A model generated the notes under the pieces. It saw only the letters and a program-made list of their open reading frames with translations. It ran no database searches and had not been told where the DNA came from. Positions 1 to 11,132 of a DNA stretch of 64,000 nucleotides are shown here, piece after piece. Every line of letters begins with the position of its first letter. Position 1 is the stretch's first letter. Made by a program: the position numbers and the translations under genes. Origin of the DNA: Hormiphora californensis (lineage: Eukaryota > Animalia > Ctenophora); contig CM035354.1 of the NCBI GenBank assembly GCA_020137815.1, positions 5,146,001-5,210,000 of the forward strand. Direction: 5' to 3'.

Positions 1-104
1 AAGTCCAGGGCGGCTAGCCTTGGTCAGACTCAGACACCTCTTTTAACCGTCGGCTGATGACGAAGACAGGAATTCACCAGAGACATGGGTCCATCTATCA
101 ACCC

Positions 105-450
105 CCACTGAAACGTTGAGCCCTCTCAACACCCCGTTAGGATATGGATTCCAATGGAATCCAATCCAATATCTATTTATCCTTTGAGGTGATCATATTG
201 ATTCTCATTGAAACGTTGAGCATTCTCAACCAACTGGTAGGTTATGGATACTAATCAAGTAACACCTTCCACCTTCGTTGAGCTGCGTGAGCTTACTCAA
301 CCCCACCGAATCTGCTTTACCCAGACAGTGGGTAATACCCACCGAATCGTTGAGTACTCTCAACATCCCGTTAGGATATGGATTCCATTACGGCAATCCA
401 ATCCAATATTATAACCTTAAAACAACCCTAGTTGAGCATACTCAACCCCA
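105..450. repeat. Degenerate direct repeats built on a GTTGAG-N4-CTCAAC hairpin
   Basis: Related units near 111-172, 210-256, 344-409 and 431-446, e.g. GTTGAG(N4)CTCAAC...TAGGATATGGATTCCA...AATCCAATCCAATAT. Confidence 0.6.
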
Positions 451-1010
451 GCACTGTTTTCTTGAAAGTCCAGGGTTGCTAGCACCAAGAATTACCTCAC
501 GAACTCTCTCATTTTTTTTTATGTGTGTCATATGTGTGTCTTTTGCCTGCCTACTGCATTTTTTACCCGTCCCCCTTAGATTTATTTTTCTTCGAGACTT
601 GTTCTTTTTTTACTACTTTACGTTTTCTATTTTATATCGCTCCCACTTTTTACCCCCCTGTAATCCTTATCCCTGCCCTTGTTGACCACTTTACGCTTTT
701 TAGCCTTTTTATTATGTATATTTTTATTATTTATTTATTCCCTTCACCTATGTTTTCCTTTTTTACCCGAGCGTGTCAATTTTGCCTAACAATATTAACT
801 TTAAATTTAACTTTTAAACACCTTAGCATTTTTATTTAATTTATTTTTTTTTAAATCTCATCTGACAATGAAGTGCCATTATAGATGTATAATGTTTAAT
901 TCCTGTAATTCCAATTCCTGTTTAATTCCTGCCTCTGTTGGACATTGGTTGGAGTCTCAATATATTTACTTAGATTGCAATTGTACGTACATCTTACAAT
1001 TGTACGTACA

Positions 1011-1416
1011 TCTTACTATATAATGCGAAAAGGGGTGAAACTTGATCCCCCCCATGCATGTTTGGTGGTCCCTAAATCGTCGTCATCAAGATCAGATCAC
1101 ATCACCCAACATGCATGGTTAGATCACCCCACTGAGGATCAGATCCTCCCACCCATGATCAGATCATCCCATTGAGGATCACATCACCCCACCCATGATC
1201 AGATCACCCCACTGATGATCAGATCATCCCAGTGAGTATCAGATCCCACATTTCACCCAGTAGTCCACTGTGCGTGATGAGATCCCCATATAGAGTAGAA
1301 AATTGGCGAAGACAGAGAGAGAAAGTGAGACACAGAGAGACAGACAGAGACAGAGAGAATGAGCGTCGCCGACGGGCCCGGCCCTTTTCGGCCGAAGGCC
1401 GAATTACATTGACTAG
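1011..1416 (+). mobile_element. Non-autonomous Helitron
   Basis: A|TCTTACTATATAATG 5' end; 3' hairpin TTCGGCCGAAGGCCGAA then CTAG|T at 1413-1417; internal GATCAGATC minisatellite and (GAGACA)n; inverted homolog at 6710-7339. Confidence 0.85.
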
Positions 1417-2158
1417 TTTCTATAAAAAAAGAAGTTACAAATACAATGCTAGTGCTCTCACAATCGATTGCAATCTCCCCTCTTTTTTGTTCCCGACACA
1501 CCCCAGACAGAACTAGAAAGCTCTCTTTTTATCTTCTAAGTTTAGATCAGGAACAATAGTTCCAACATTTTGCTTTCTTGTTGGTGTTGTTTGCTCCTCC
1601 CCTTCCGGCTTCTAGTTCTCTCCCCAATCCCAGAAGATAGTGCGTCACATTTTCTCTAAGTTGCTATCCAGAAAACTAACTCGGTCAAAGTCTTTGTTGT
1701 CTCCGGCAGATTCAGGGAAAGGGTGTGTTCAACAAAAAACAACTCCTTATCCCTTCAATTGGTTTAAATTTAATTTCGTTATAATAGGCCAGCATGACGT
1801 ACAGCAGTTTGATATTGGTACTACTGTCAACAGCTTGTATCCATCCATCATCACCAGGTTCGTGTGGAAATGTATAATGTGTTGATCACTGTACTAATCA
1901 CTGCATTAATTACATATTACATAATTATCAACTATCTTGCCAAAAACAAGACAAACGATACCCAGTGGTGATTTATGACATACAGAAAGAAATTTAGGGT
2001 CATGAAATTACATTTTCATTTTATGAATTCACTGTAAACCCACTGTAATTACATTGCAACTCCACTCACTAGTTTCACGTGGTTGCCATGGTCACTAAAA
2101 TGCAATTATACCGAACATATAATGTAGAAAACTTAATTAACAGTTATTTCTCAGCAAT

Positions 2159-3635
2159 ATGCTGTTTGTTTCGCTTCTCCTCCTCAGCTACTCTGTGCAT
2201 TGCAGCACCGCAGCTGCGGATATACAGTTCCATGTGGGAGATCCGGGAAAGATATCTCATTTTGGCATGTCTATTGTGAATATAAATGACTGGCCCCGAT
2301 ATGCATGGACCCCGATATGCATGGAGGAATCATTATCCGAGGAGCGGAAACAAAACACAGCGGACATAATTTGTCAGAAGTCTGGTTTTACCGTTGCTGC
2401 TACGTTCGGGGCCCTGTCCAGTTTTTATAACAAATCCTCAATTGAAGAGTTTGAACTACGATACAACGACTCTGGTACCCTTGGCGGCTTTGTTTGTGGG
2501 AAATACGCAACAGAAGCGTGCACGTGGGACATGGATAGCAGGACAGGGTGCAGCGTACAAGATGCCCTAGTGGTGAATTGCACTACCAATGAACTACCCG
2601 CCAAATACACCAATATTTCCTCCGTAGAGCATCATTACGTTAAACACCATGGTAATTTCATCACCCAAGGTGTTGTATCAGCCTTCCCGGCTGGGTTTTC
2701 AACCCACAGGAGAATCATGTGTGCAACAGGTGTTACACAGTCCCTAGGCGACCAACTGTGTCAGAAGCTCAATATGGATAACGGAAATTCAAGAGCCTTC
2801 CTGATATCCACTCATTACGAAGCAGATTATAAAGCTCCTGTTGCTTTTCTGAGGGACAGCACAATAATGTCGCTATCTTGCCCGGCGGGGTCTACCACAC
2901 TGGAGGAGTGCGGGGTTAACATCAATGATACCAGCTGTAACCATGATAACATCCTGGTACTGAGCTGCGTACGGCGGCCAGATAAATGGTTGCCAAGTAA
3001 CGTTCGGTTACTAAGCAACCCTGGTGGGGGAAACAGTAAGGTGAGACCTTGGAGGAAAGATGGGCGAGTAGAAGGGATCGTTGTGATGGACATACAATTA
3101 AACAAAATATCTGTTACTGGTACTGTTGAGGCCACACCGGAACTCTTGCAGGACAGGGATACACTGGATAAGATATGCCGAGAGGCAGGTTACAAACTCG
3201 GCAAATCTGTTGGACTGGAGGAAATTGCTATGAGGGTAGGAAACGTTACCAATCCTAGGGCAGTGCTATCAGCGGGTGGGCTGATAAAACACAATCTAGC
3301 GGGGGCAAGCCTCGTTGAACAGATCAAATTGTCCACCAACTGGTACCCTGGCTGGGTGCGAGATACTACCTACAAAGTGTCTATTGGATGGAGTGTGGTT
3401 CAATTGGTGGCATCCTATTCTCAACGATCTCTACAGGACGGGTAGAGCACAAGTAAAGGCCGGTATTCCAAATTGGTACCAGACGAGATACAGTAATACT
3501 AACAGCAATACATACTACTATGACGGTGAAACAGTGCTTGTAGTAGAGACATACAAAGAAGACAGGTGGGGGTGTGAGTATACAAGTTCTCATTCTGTCG
3601 AGGATGCGCTCTGGTTGAGCTGTAAAAGCAAGTAA
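2159..3635 (+). CDS. Intronless secreted protein with about three divergent SRCR-like Cys-rich repeats; +1 frameshift between 3315 and 3445
   Basis: Signal peptide; ADIICQKSGF...CSVQDALVVNC, DQLCQKL...CNHDNILVLSC and DKICREAGY...HSVEDALWLSC; the last repeat finishes only in the +1 frame ORF 3315-3635; acceptor TTCTCAG just before ATG. Confidence 0.7.
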
Positions 3636-4552
3636 CACTCCAGTTGAGATTATGCCGTATGTAAAAGTAACACTGAAACTATTTATATAATAACTGTAGC
3701 GAGTACAGAGTGTATCAACAATAATTTCTAGTTGTAAAAGTGATTACTGTATGATTTACTTTGATAGTGAGTTTAGTTAATAAATGGCTTATATCGATAA
3801 AAATTATCTCCATTACATTAGTCCCACATTAGTTTCCTAGACACGTGTTCAATAGGAGTTTTGCTGAATCTGTTCAATGATCACTCTCATTATTCCTCTT
3901 ATGCTTCTATTCCAGTGTGTGTCTATTCCAGTTCTGTCATACCAACTTTATATACCGTTTCAGCCAATACAATCCTGAATCCACCAACACACAAACACAT
4001 GTATACTTTCTCCCTCACCCGCCCTCTCACTCATTCCCTTTCTTAGTTTAGTTTCAAGTTCTCATTGCAGGTTCTGATTGGCTAGACGTGGTTAGAGATG
4101 ATGGTATTGCGTTAAATGAGGCAACCCAATTCTTGCAAATACAAACCACATCTGAAAGGGACTCTGGGCACCAGGTAACACTTTTAATAAAACGGCATTC
4201 TCACTTTACGTGGGTATTTACTATTTCCCTACAACAAAACCAAAATAACAAATATATGCACTTATGTTGTCCAGGTGCGACTAACTTTCAAAGATTCTGG
4301 CAGCGCTCAAGTTGGGTCGATAAAGATTCTGTTCAAAAGTGTAGAAAAGTACTCAATGAATCGCTGTTTTAAGAATTTTGCTAACAATGCATTTTTCCCT
4401 CTGGCACCGGACCCTCCTGCCGCCATCAACAAAACTTGGACGGTATCCAAGAACACCACCCACTTCATGATGGCAGTCAATGGGGTGGATCTGTTAGCGT
4501 TGAACTTTGCACAGAACACCCAGGTGGACTGCAATGGGTACTGGGGTGGGGA

Positions 4553-6214
4553 GGTGACCCACTTCTCTGGCCACTACAACTCTGGCTACTACAACTCTGG
4601 CTATTACAACTCTGGCTAGTAGCCACAGTTGTACACAACTCTGGCTACTAGGAGTGCATCTCTGGCTACCAAACGACCCCGCCTATGTATGCAACAGAAC
4701 ACCGACTCATTAGGTGATAGGTAGCTAGGCACACGCATTAATATACACGAGATAGGTAATAGGTTATTGGTTTGCTGGATAAAGTACTGATAAGTTGAGA
4801 ACATGGTGATTGCTTCCAGGCCAACCCCAAGGAATCGAATCCCGCCACTACAGCAACCTCCGCACCTAACAACACCAAGAGCTCTGACAACAACAGCGGA
4901 AAGACCGAGACCCTCCGTCGGCCGTCTACTAAGATAGTAAACGTGGACAGCGGATACTCGCCAGGAACGGAGACTCAGATCGAACTCATCATCGTTTCAC
5001 CCGAGCTATTCAAGAAAAACATAGTTTTCGGGGATCAAGTTAACCTCAGATAATTTTCCAACCATTAGGTGTAGAGGTCTGAAACTTCTTTTAAGTTGAC
5101 CTTGTAACTAGATCTATCATTCAGTACTAAATTTAGCTTCTCAGCAATTGTGGTTCATGAATAAATGAGGTTAACATTGAATTTTGGACAAAAGCTAACC
5201 TCACTTTTCTCCAAGACGGTGCACAAAAAATCGATTCTGAGCACATCATCTGGTCCGGCTCTTCGAGCCAGACCAGAGACCGAAAGTGACTTTTTATACC
5301 CCGGACCCCCCCTCTGGCCTTAATTCGGTGCGGGTACACAAGTTACTAAGCCAGGCGCCCCGGCAATCTTGATAATCTGAGACCACCGTTGTCCGGAATG
5401 AATAAATGTATGGACTGGGGCTACTGATTCAACTACTCCACTTTCCTGTACTCCCACTCCTTCTTCGCCGACAGGAAGTAGTTCCACATGGAACAGCGAG
5501 CAGCATCTCTCCCCGTATCCTTCACCAGCTTCCTCGGTCCCCTACCTCTGAACCCTCGCCTGGAAGCTGATCTAGTCAGGCTGTCCGCTACCTGACCCCG
5601 AGACCCAACCTCAATTGCCATGTTGAAACACTTCCAACCATTAGCAGGACAAATAAGCTGATCCCACCAGTTCACCGTCTTTATCTCTCGCGAGAATTCA
5701 ATATAAGATCAGGCCTGCTTTGGTCTCAGGGATAGAATGAAGCCAACCATTCTCTCCCCCATATCGTACAGGCTTCTCCAGCTGACTGTCAGGCCAATGC
5801 TTTGACCACAGTTCTCATCCGAGAAACGAAAATGGGTCAAGCCAATACTCTGACAGCCAGCTGAACACATGAATCCCATCGGGACCACATCCTCTCTCCA
5901 AGCCAACCACATCTGACTGAACGTCTAATTGCATGGTCTCTACTGCAGTCCTCTCTTGGTATAACCTCTTAAGAACTCTGTCGATCACAGCACCTATCGT
6001 CTCACTGTCCGACACCTTCTCCCAAGGATACGTCCCTGACAACGATATAATAACGTGTAATACGGCGTTATATTTCTTCTATAAGCGGGACTTCGTAATA
6101 GCCAGAGTTGCACCCCTAGTAGCCAGAGTTGTATACAACTGTGGCTACTAGCCAGAGTTGTAATAGCCAGAGTTGTAGTAGCCAGAGTTGTAGTGGCCAG
6201 AGAAGTGGGTAATC
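4553..6214. mobile_element. Non-autonomous TIR DNA transposon with 8-bp TSD (Merlin-like)
   Basis: About 115-bp inverted termini (ACCCACTTCTCTGGCCACTAC... / ...GTAGTGGCCAGAGAAGTGGGT) with 15-bp internal repeats; GGTGGGGA at 4545-4552 and 6215-6222; 5' GG terminus. Confidence 0.8.
5133..6042 (-). pseudogene. Degenerate fragment resembling the C-terminal part of an RLE-type (NeSL/HERO/R2-like) non-LTR retrotransposon
   Basis: Broken ORFs with SWRSLYDMGERMVGFIL, DQLICPAN and PDQMMCSE, reminiscent of the post-RT and PD-nuclease regions; multiple stops and frameshifts. Confidence 0.35.
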
Positions 6215-6478
6215 GGTGGGGATGTGGTTCGGAGTGTCACATTCACTACAGCAGATACTGCCTCACTGAGATACCGAGTTGTGGAATATCAGCCAGCATT
6301 CAAAGCAGTAATTACAGGTAAAACATTGGGAAGCGGTATAGTTTCTACTCATGTAAAGCATACATAAAATTCACCTTATTCCTCCCCAATACCAGTCAAA
6401 CAACTAAGATACCATATCATGTATGTTGGATTACCAACTAGTTATTAATTGTTTATGAGTCTAAAACCGGGGAATTAC

Positions 6479-6980
6479 CTTGTTTTCGAAGTGGTTGGCA
6501 CACTCGCTAGTTCGGAGGTTTGTTTCCGAGTCAGAGTCAGCGTCCAATGCAGCAGCCTCTTCGTCAATATCACATTTGTTTACCAGGAAAAACATGGGGG
6601 CTTCCGGGAATGTGTCCTAAAGGTATGATGAATTAGTGGTACTTTAGATCAGAAATATTAGCATTAATTACAATTAATTACAGTCAATCAATTAATTTAT
6701 TAAAACATACTAGTGGACCCAGTCCATCCTACGGATGGCTTACAATTAATTGATTACTCAAGCGACGTTCACTAAACTAAAAACACCTAGGAAATTCCTC
6801 GTTTTTCGTATCGCTCTGTTTCTCTGTCTTTGTGTCTCTCTGTCTGTATGTCTGCATGTATCTCTGTCTCTGTCTCTGTCTCTGTCTCTGTCTCTGTCTC
6901 TGTCTCTGTCTCTGTCTCTGTCTCTGTCTCTGTCTCTGTCTCTGTCTCTGTCTCTGTCTCTGTCTCTGTCTCTGTTTCTG

Positions 6981-7030
<50 letters not shown>

Positions 7031-8641
7031 CCTCTCTCTCTCTCTTCATTTCTATCTCAATTTCTCTGTCGTCTTTGTCTATTTTCTACTCTATATTATA
7101 TGGGGATCTCATCACGCACAGTGGACTGCTGGGTGAAATGTGGGATCTGATAACCACTGGTGTGATCTGATCCTCAGTAGGGTGATCTAATCTTGGGTGG
7201 GGGATCTGATCCTCAGTAGGGTGATCTGATCATGCATGTTGGATGATGTGATCTGATCTTGATGACGACGATTTAGGGACCACCAAACATGCATGGGTGG
7301 GATCAAGTTTCGGGTGTTTTTGCATTATATATAGTAAGATTATGTACCTGGTAGTAGAGGAGCGAAGTAATATCATCCTCTCCTATCCCATAGTTGGCAT
7401 CTATAACATAAATTACCAGCGGTATCACTCCCTCCTCCCTTGTACCCGTTACACGTGGCCGCTCAATTATCTGGATACCCTGAAACATGTTTGTGGTCAC
7501 CTAGTTCCAACAGTAGAGGAATGCAACTAGTTTTCCTTTAGATGCAAGGAACATGAATTGGTAAGTGACAGCAACTGAAATGTTTTCAGCAGGCCTCTGG
7601 GCCCTGGTTGTATTTGTACCTTGTACAGTTCAGTGTCCAATGGGGGCCGGGGCAGTCTAATTGTACCTGTTTTAGTAAGGTATGGTTGATGCATGCTTCC
7701 ACGGCCTCAGTAGGGTAATCCGTAGCTAACTCACTACCTGTTTCTAGGTAGTCCCGGGGTATGGCCTTCTCCAACCGCTTATACGTTCCTGATAGCTGCA
7801 ATACACTGGATTAGGAGCTAGGTCGGCGAGATACATATATAATCGATGGATTGAAAATAAGGGAGCTGAAGATGAGATACATGCTGACAAAGTCAATGGC
7901 CCTGTTCAAGCGTAAGACATCGTATGATTTAGTCCCTACCTCTTTAGATGCCTTGTTGACGAGCCTGACGAAGGGGAGTGATCCATAGTTCAGTTTGACA
8001 GGTCGTGGAGCGCTGGGGTTCTGAGATGCAGGGCAGATAGTTTTACCAAGTAGCTCGTTTATCACCGAACTTTTACCCGAATTTGTTTGCCCTAAAACAT
8101 GGTGTTGTTGAACACTGAACAAGTGTGCCGTGCTGTTCACAATAGTGTTAGGAGGATGTTATCTTACCGACAAAAAACAGGGTAGGAATGCCCTTGACGA
8201 CTTTGTCAACCTGCGCCTTCTCGATATCCGTTACAAAAAGTGTTTCAGTGTGCTTCAACAAGCTGTCCTTGTGTATGTCAGAAAAACACTGAACATCGGG
8301 ATTATATATCGAGTTAGTTACAAGTTTACCAAATAGGTTACCATGGTAACTATGTTATCGTTGCCATGGTAACTGTGTTATCGTTGCCATGGTAACTGTG
8401 TTATCGTTACCATGGTAACTGTGTTATCGTTACCATGGTAACTATTTTATCGTTACCATGGTAACTATGTTATCGTCACCATGGTAACTATGTTATCGTT
8501 ACTATGGTAACTATGTTATCGTTACCATGGTAACTATGGAGAGGTTACCTTGAGTGTGTCATTGTAGAGTTCGTTTAGCTTAGTTTTAAAGTCATGACAC
8601 TGTGATAGCTGCTCGTATTCTGTTGACTCTGTGGTCTCCAT
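6479..8641 (-). CDS. DSTYK-like protein, N-terminal dynamin-like GTPase region; exons approx. 8641-8549, 8288-8168, 8091-7940, 7795-7667, 7479-7348, 6616-6479; 3' part not found in window
   Basis: Phase-consistent exons; G1 GQTNSGKSSVINELLG, EACINHTLLKQ, IPLVIYVID, PMFFLVNKCD (G4), resembling the DSTYK N-terminus; last exon ends in a GT donor. Confidence 0.6.
6710..7339 (-). mobile_element. Non-autonomous Helitron in the DSTYK-like intron
   Basis: Minus strand A|TCTTACTATATATAATG 5' end homologous to the 1011 copy; 3' hairpin CCATCCgtaGGATGG then CTAG|T; long (TCTCTG)n tract. Confidence 0.85.
8337..8534. repeat. 23-bp minisatellite x9 with palindromic core GTTACCATGGTAAC
   Basis: Unit GTTRCCATGGTAACTRTGTTATC starting at 8337, 8360 ... 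8521; intronic. Confidence 0.9.
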
Positions 8642-8816
8642 TGAAAGGAATTTATCTCTCCCCTCACATCATTATACTGCTAGATATATGGGGAGTAAGT
8701 AGGAACATCAAGGGTTTAATTGAGAAATGGGAGATGCAACTTTATTTAGTAAAACAATTGACATTCAGGCGGTGTTAAAAAAAGGTAATAAATAATTTTA
8801 AAAGAGGTTGAAAATG

Positions 8817-10411
8817 CTAAGATCCCTGAGTTGGTATACTGAAGGCTTCCCTAAATTCTCGGTTGGTAGCCAAGTCCCACAGCTGTAGACCGCCCTGTAA
8901 CCCTCCAATGGCCAACATGGTACCATAATCAGGACAAAGAGCTATCGTGTGAAGTGACACACAGTCCCCAAACTCTCGTGTAGCAACACAACTGGCTGAA
9001 CTCTCAGTCACCTTCCAGGCTTTAACGGTTTTATCCGCTGAACATGTTACCAGCAGACCCGGCATGTGACGACTCATGGCAACACCTGACACCTCACTGT
9101 CATGAGCTGCAATGGTGAACAGTGGCTTGGTTTGTCTGATATCCACACAGACAGCACTACCCTCAGAGGTCCCCGCAACAAATGAAAATGGGCTGGTTGC
9201 AGTCCAGGAGACACACTCAACCTCTCCATCGAATGTCCAGGTCTTGCTGTTTTTCGTTCTACAATCAATCACATGACAAGTGTTGTCATAGGATCCGGTT
9301 AAAAGGGTGGTGGATTCAGCCAAATGCCACGCTAGAGATTGTACCTGGGAGGGGGATGAGGAGTGCTAACGTGGGGAGGCGGCTTTTAACATAGAAATGG
9401 AAGCAAATAGCAATAAATAACTGGTAACTTCAAATCACCAACACTCAGCCCCAGTGATACCATAGGCACGGAAAAAAAAACTTCAAATCACACTATCTCA
9501 CCTTATCTTTGTGGTTAGGATAGGACCTCCTTTGCTGAAGCAGTCTCAAGATCCCACAGAAGGATGGTATTGTCTGCACCTCCGGACGCCAAAATATTGG
9601 TATTCTGTCGACTCCAGCTCATACACATTACAGCATCACTATGACCCTTCTTTCCAATCTTTGGCTTTTTCTTGCTCGGTTTCACCCTTTCCCCAAGTGT
9701 CACAATCGGCTCTGAACTGTTGATAATATCCAAATCCCATATCTCAATTTGGGGTGACATATGTCCCACTGCTAGGTAGTTGCCGGGTGTGCGTTCTGAT
9801 CCCTCCTCCTGTTCGCCCGCATCATAACTCAGCCACTCCAGAGAAAGGGGAAACTTGTCAAGAAGGATGTCATGATGAACATAGAAATCTTCCTCTTCTT
9901 CATTCCAAAGATGAATCTCAATGGAGCTCGTGTCACCCTCCAGCTTTGCCACACAGATTAGGTTATCAGTTGGTTTAACCTCGTACGTATCTTCCTCGTC
10001 CTTTGCTGCAGACGGCAGTGTGATATAAGGATCTTCATCAAGAGTGGCGAAGTATGTAGCACCGGTTAGCCCAGCACCGAACATCTTTGTCCCATCGATT
10101 TCTTCATTTTCGTCTTTATCGTAATCATCCATTTTGAATTCCTCCTCAGTCGTCATCTCTGTGTCACCGCCGACCGGTTTTGTTTTGGGGGTTTCACTTT
10201 TTGGTGGATCCGCTATTTTGAGAAGTGCCATTTCTGATTCTGCGTCTTCTTCTTCTTCTCCATCATCTTCACTCTCATTTCCATCTTCTATAATGGCCAG
10301 TTGGTCTTCTGTCTTCTGGATGAGAGCGTTCAGTTCCTCCTGATCGAGCTGCAGCACGTGTGGATCGGTTGCTGCCACACCCCTCTCAATCCAGCAAACA
10401 CTTGGAATCAT
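8817..10411 (-). CDS. PWP1: Periodic tryptophan protein 1 (WD40); exons 10411-9502 and 9344-8817; apparent +1 frameshift near 9515-9530
   Basis: MIPSVCWIERGVA, acidic N-terminus, YVHHDILL, GNYLAVG...IEIWDLD, GHSDAV, LASGGADNTILLWDL, HKDK|VQSLAWH. Confidence 0.9.
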
Positions 10412-11132
10412 CTGAACTGATGGGAAACGTTTATATTTTGACTAGCAAGTGCAACGAACAAGATATCAAAAAGATAGGACAGCGACACGCCGCGTTAAGA
10501 GTAAAAAAATCGAAAAATCTTTTAAAAAAGTAAAAAACTTGGCATACGTTGCAGTCCCCGCATGAGGGGGCTGCAGCGCATTCCAAGTAAAAAACAAAAA
10601 GCCCTGATCAAGAGAGAAATTTTCAGATTTGTGATTTTTTTCAAACCAATAAACGCGCACGCCGCGCACTTTTTCATATTAAATGGATTTGCGCGTGCAA
10701 AATTTAGGCGATTTTTTTTGAAGTTTATTATATTAACAAAAACAAAAACACAGTTATTTGAAAGCAATCAAATATGTAGGACATGATTTACTCACAGGTT
10801 GTTGTATATAAAATACAATCGGCTCTATTAGAGCCTACAAAAAATAAATAAACAGTATTTTGTCACACACTCTTTCTCACTCGACCTCTCACCCACTTCA
10901 TTTGGGGGTATGAAAGCCTTGCACCGACACTCTGGGAACACCAACACAAACTCTAAAAAGCACAATATAACCGGATGCTATTCATAACGCATGCAAACAC
11001 ACACATACACACACTAGCTTTAGGGGAGGTTGTAAAACTATAGCAATATATCGAGGATCAAGTGTTTCGAATGGGGCAGCCAGCTGGAATTAACACGTTT
11101 CTAACATATCAACCCTCATATATTTAACATAT

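Larger units (their letters stand above)
1794..6317 (+). pseudogene. Secreted protein of an unnamed beta-rich domain family, disrupted by a transposon; exons 1794-1857, 4071-4174, 4275-4552 plus 6223-6317
   Basis: Signal-peptide exon MTYSSLILVLLSTACIHPSSP with phase-1 donor matching phase-1 acceptor at 4070; LQIQTTS...TWTVSK...NGVDLL...C..YWGG motifs; removing 4553-6214 plus one TSD restores YWGG-DVVRSVTFTTADTASLRYR; similar to 62684-63564. Confidence 0.65.

Noticed and set aside
6750-7170. ORFs rich in SL, RQ, CL or ER repeats (also near 22941, 23855, 25591, 40478)
   Set aside because: Translations of microsatellites
1011-7339. One 6.3-kb composite transposon with long TIRs carrying genes
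   Set aside because: Each arm has its own TC start, hairpin and CTAG end, so they are two separate Helitrons; no TSD
8337-8534. CRISPR-like palindromic repeat array
   Set aside because: Spacers are 9 nt and nearly identical; eukaryotic intron; no cas genes
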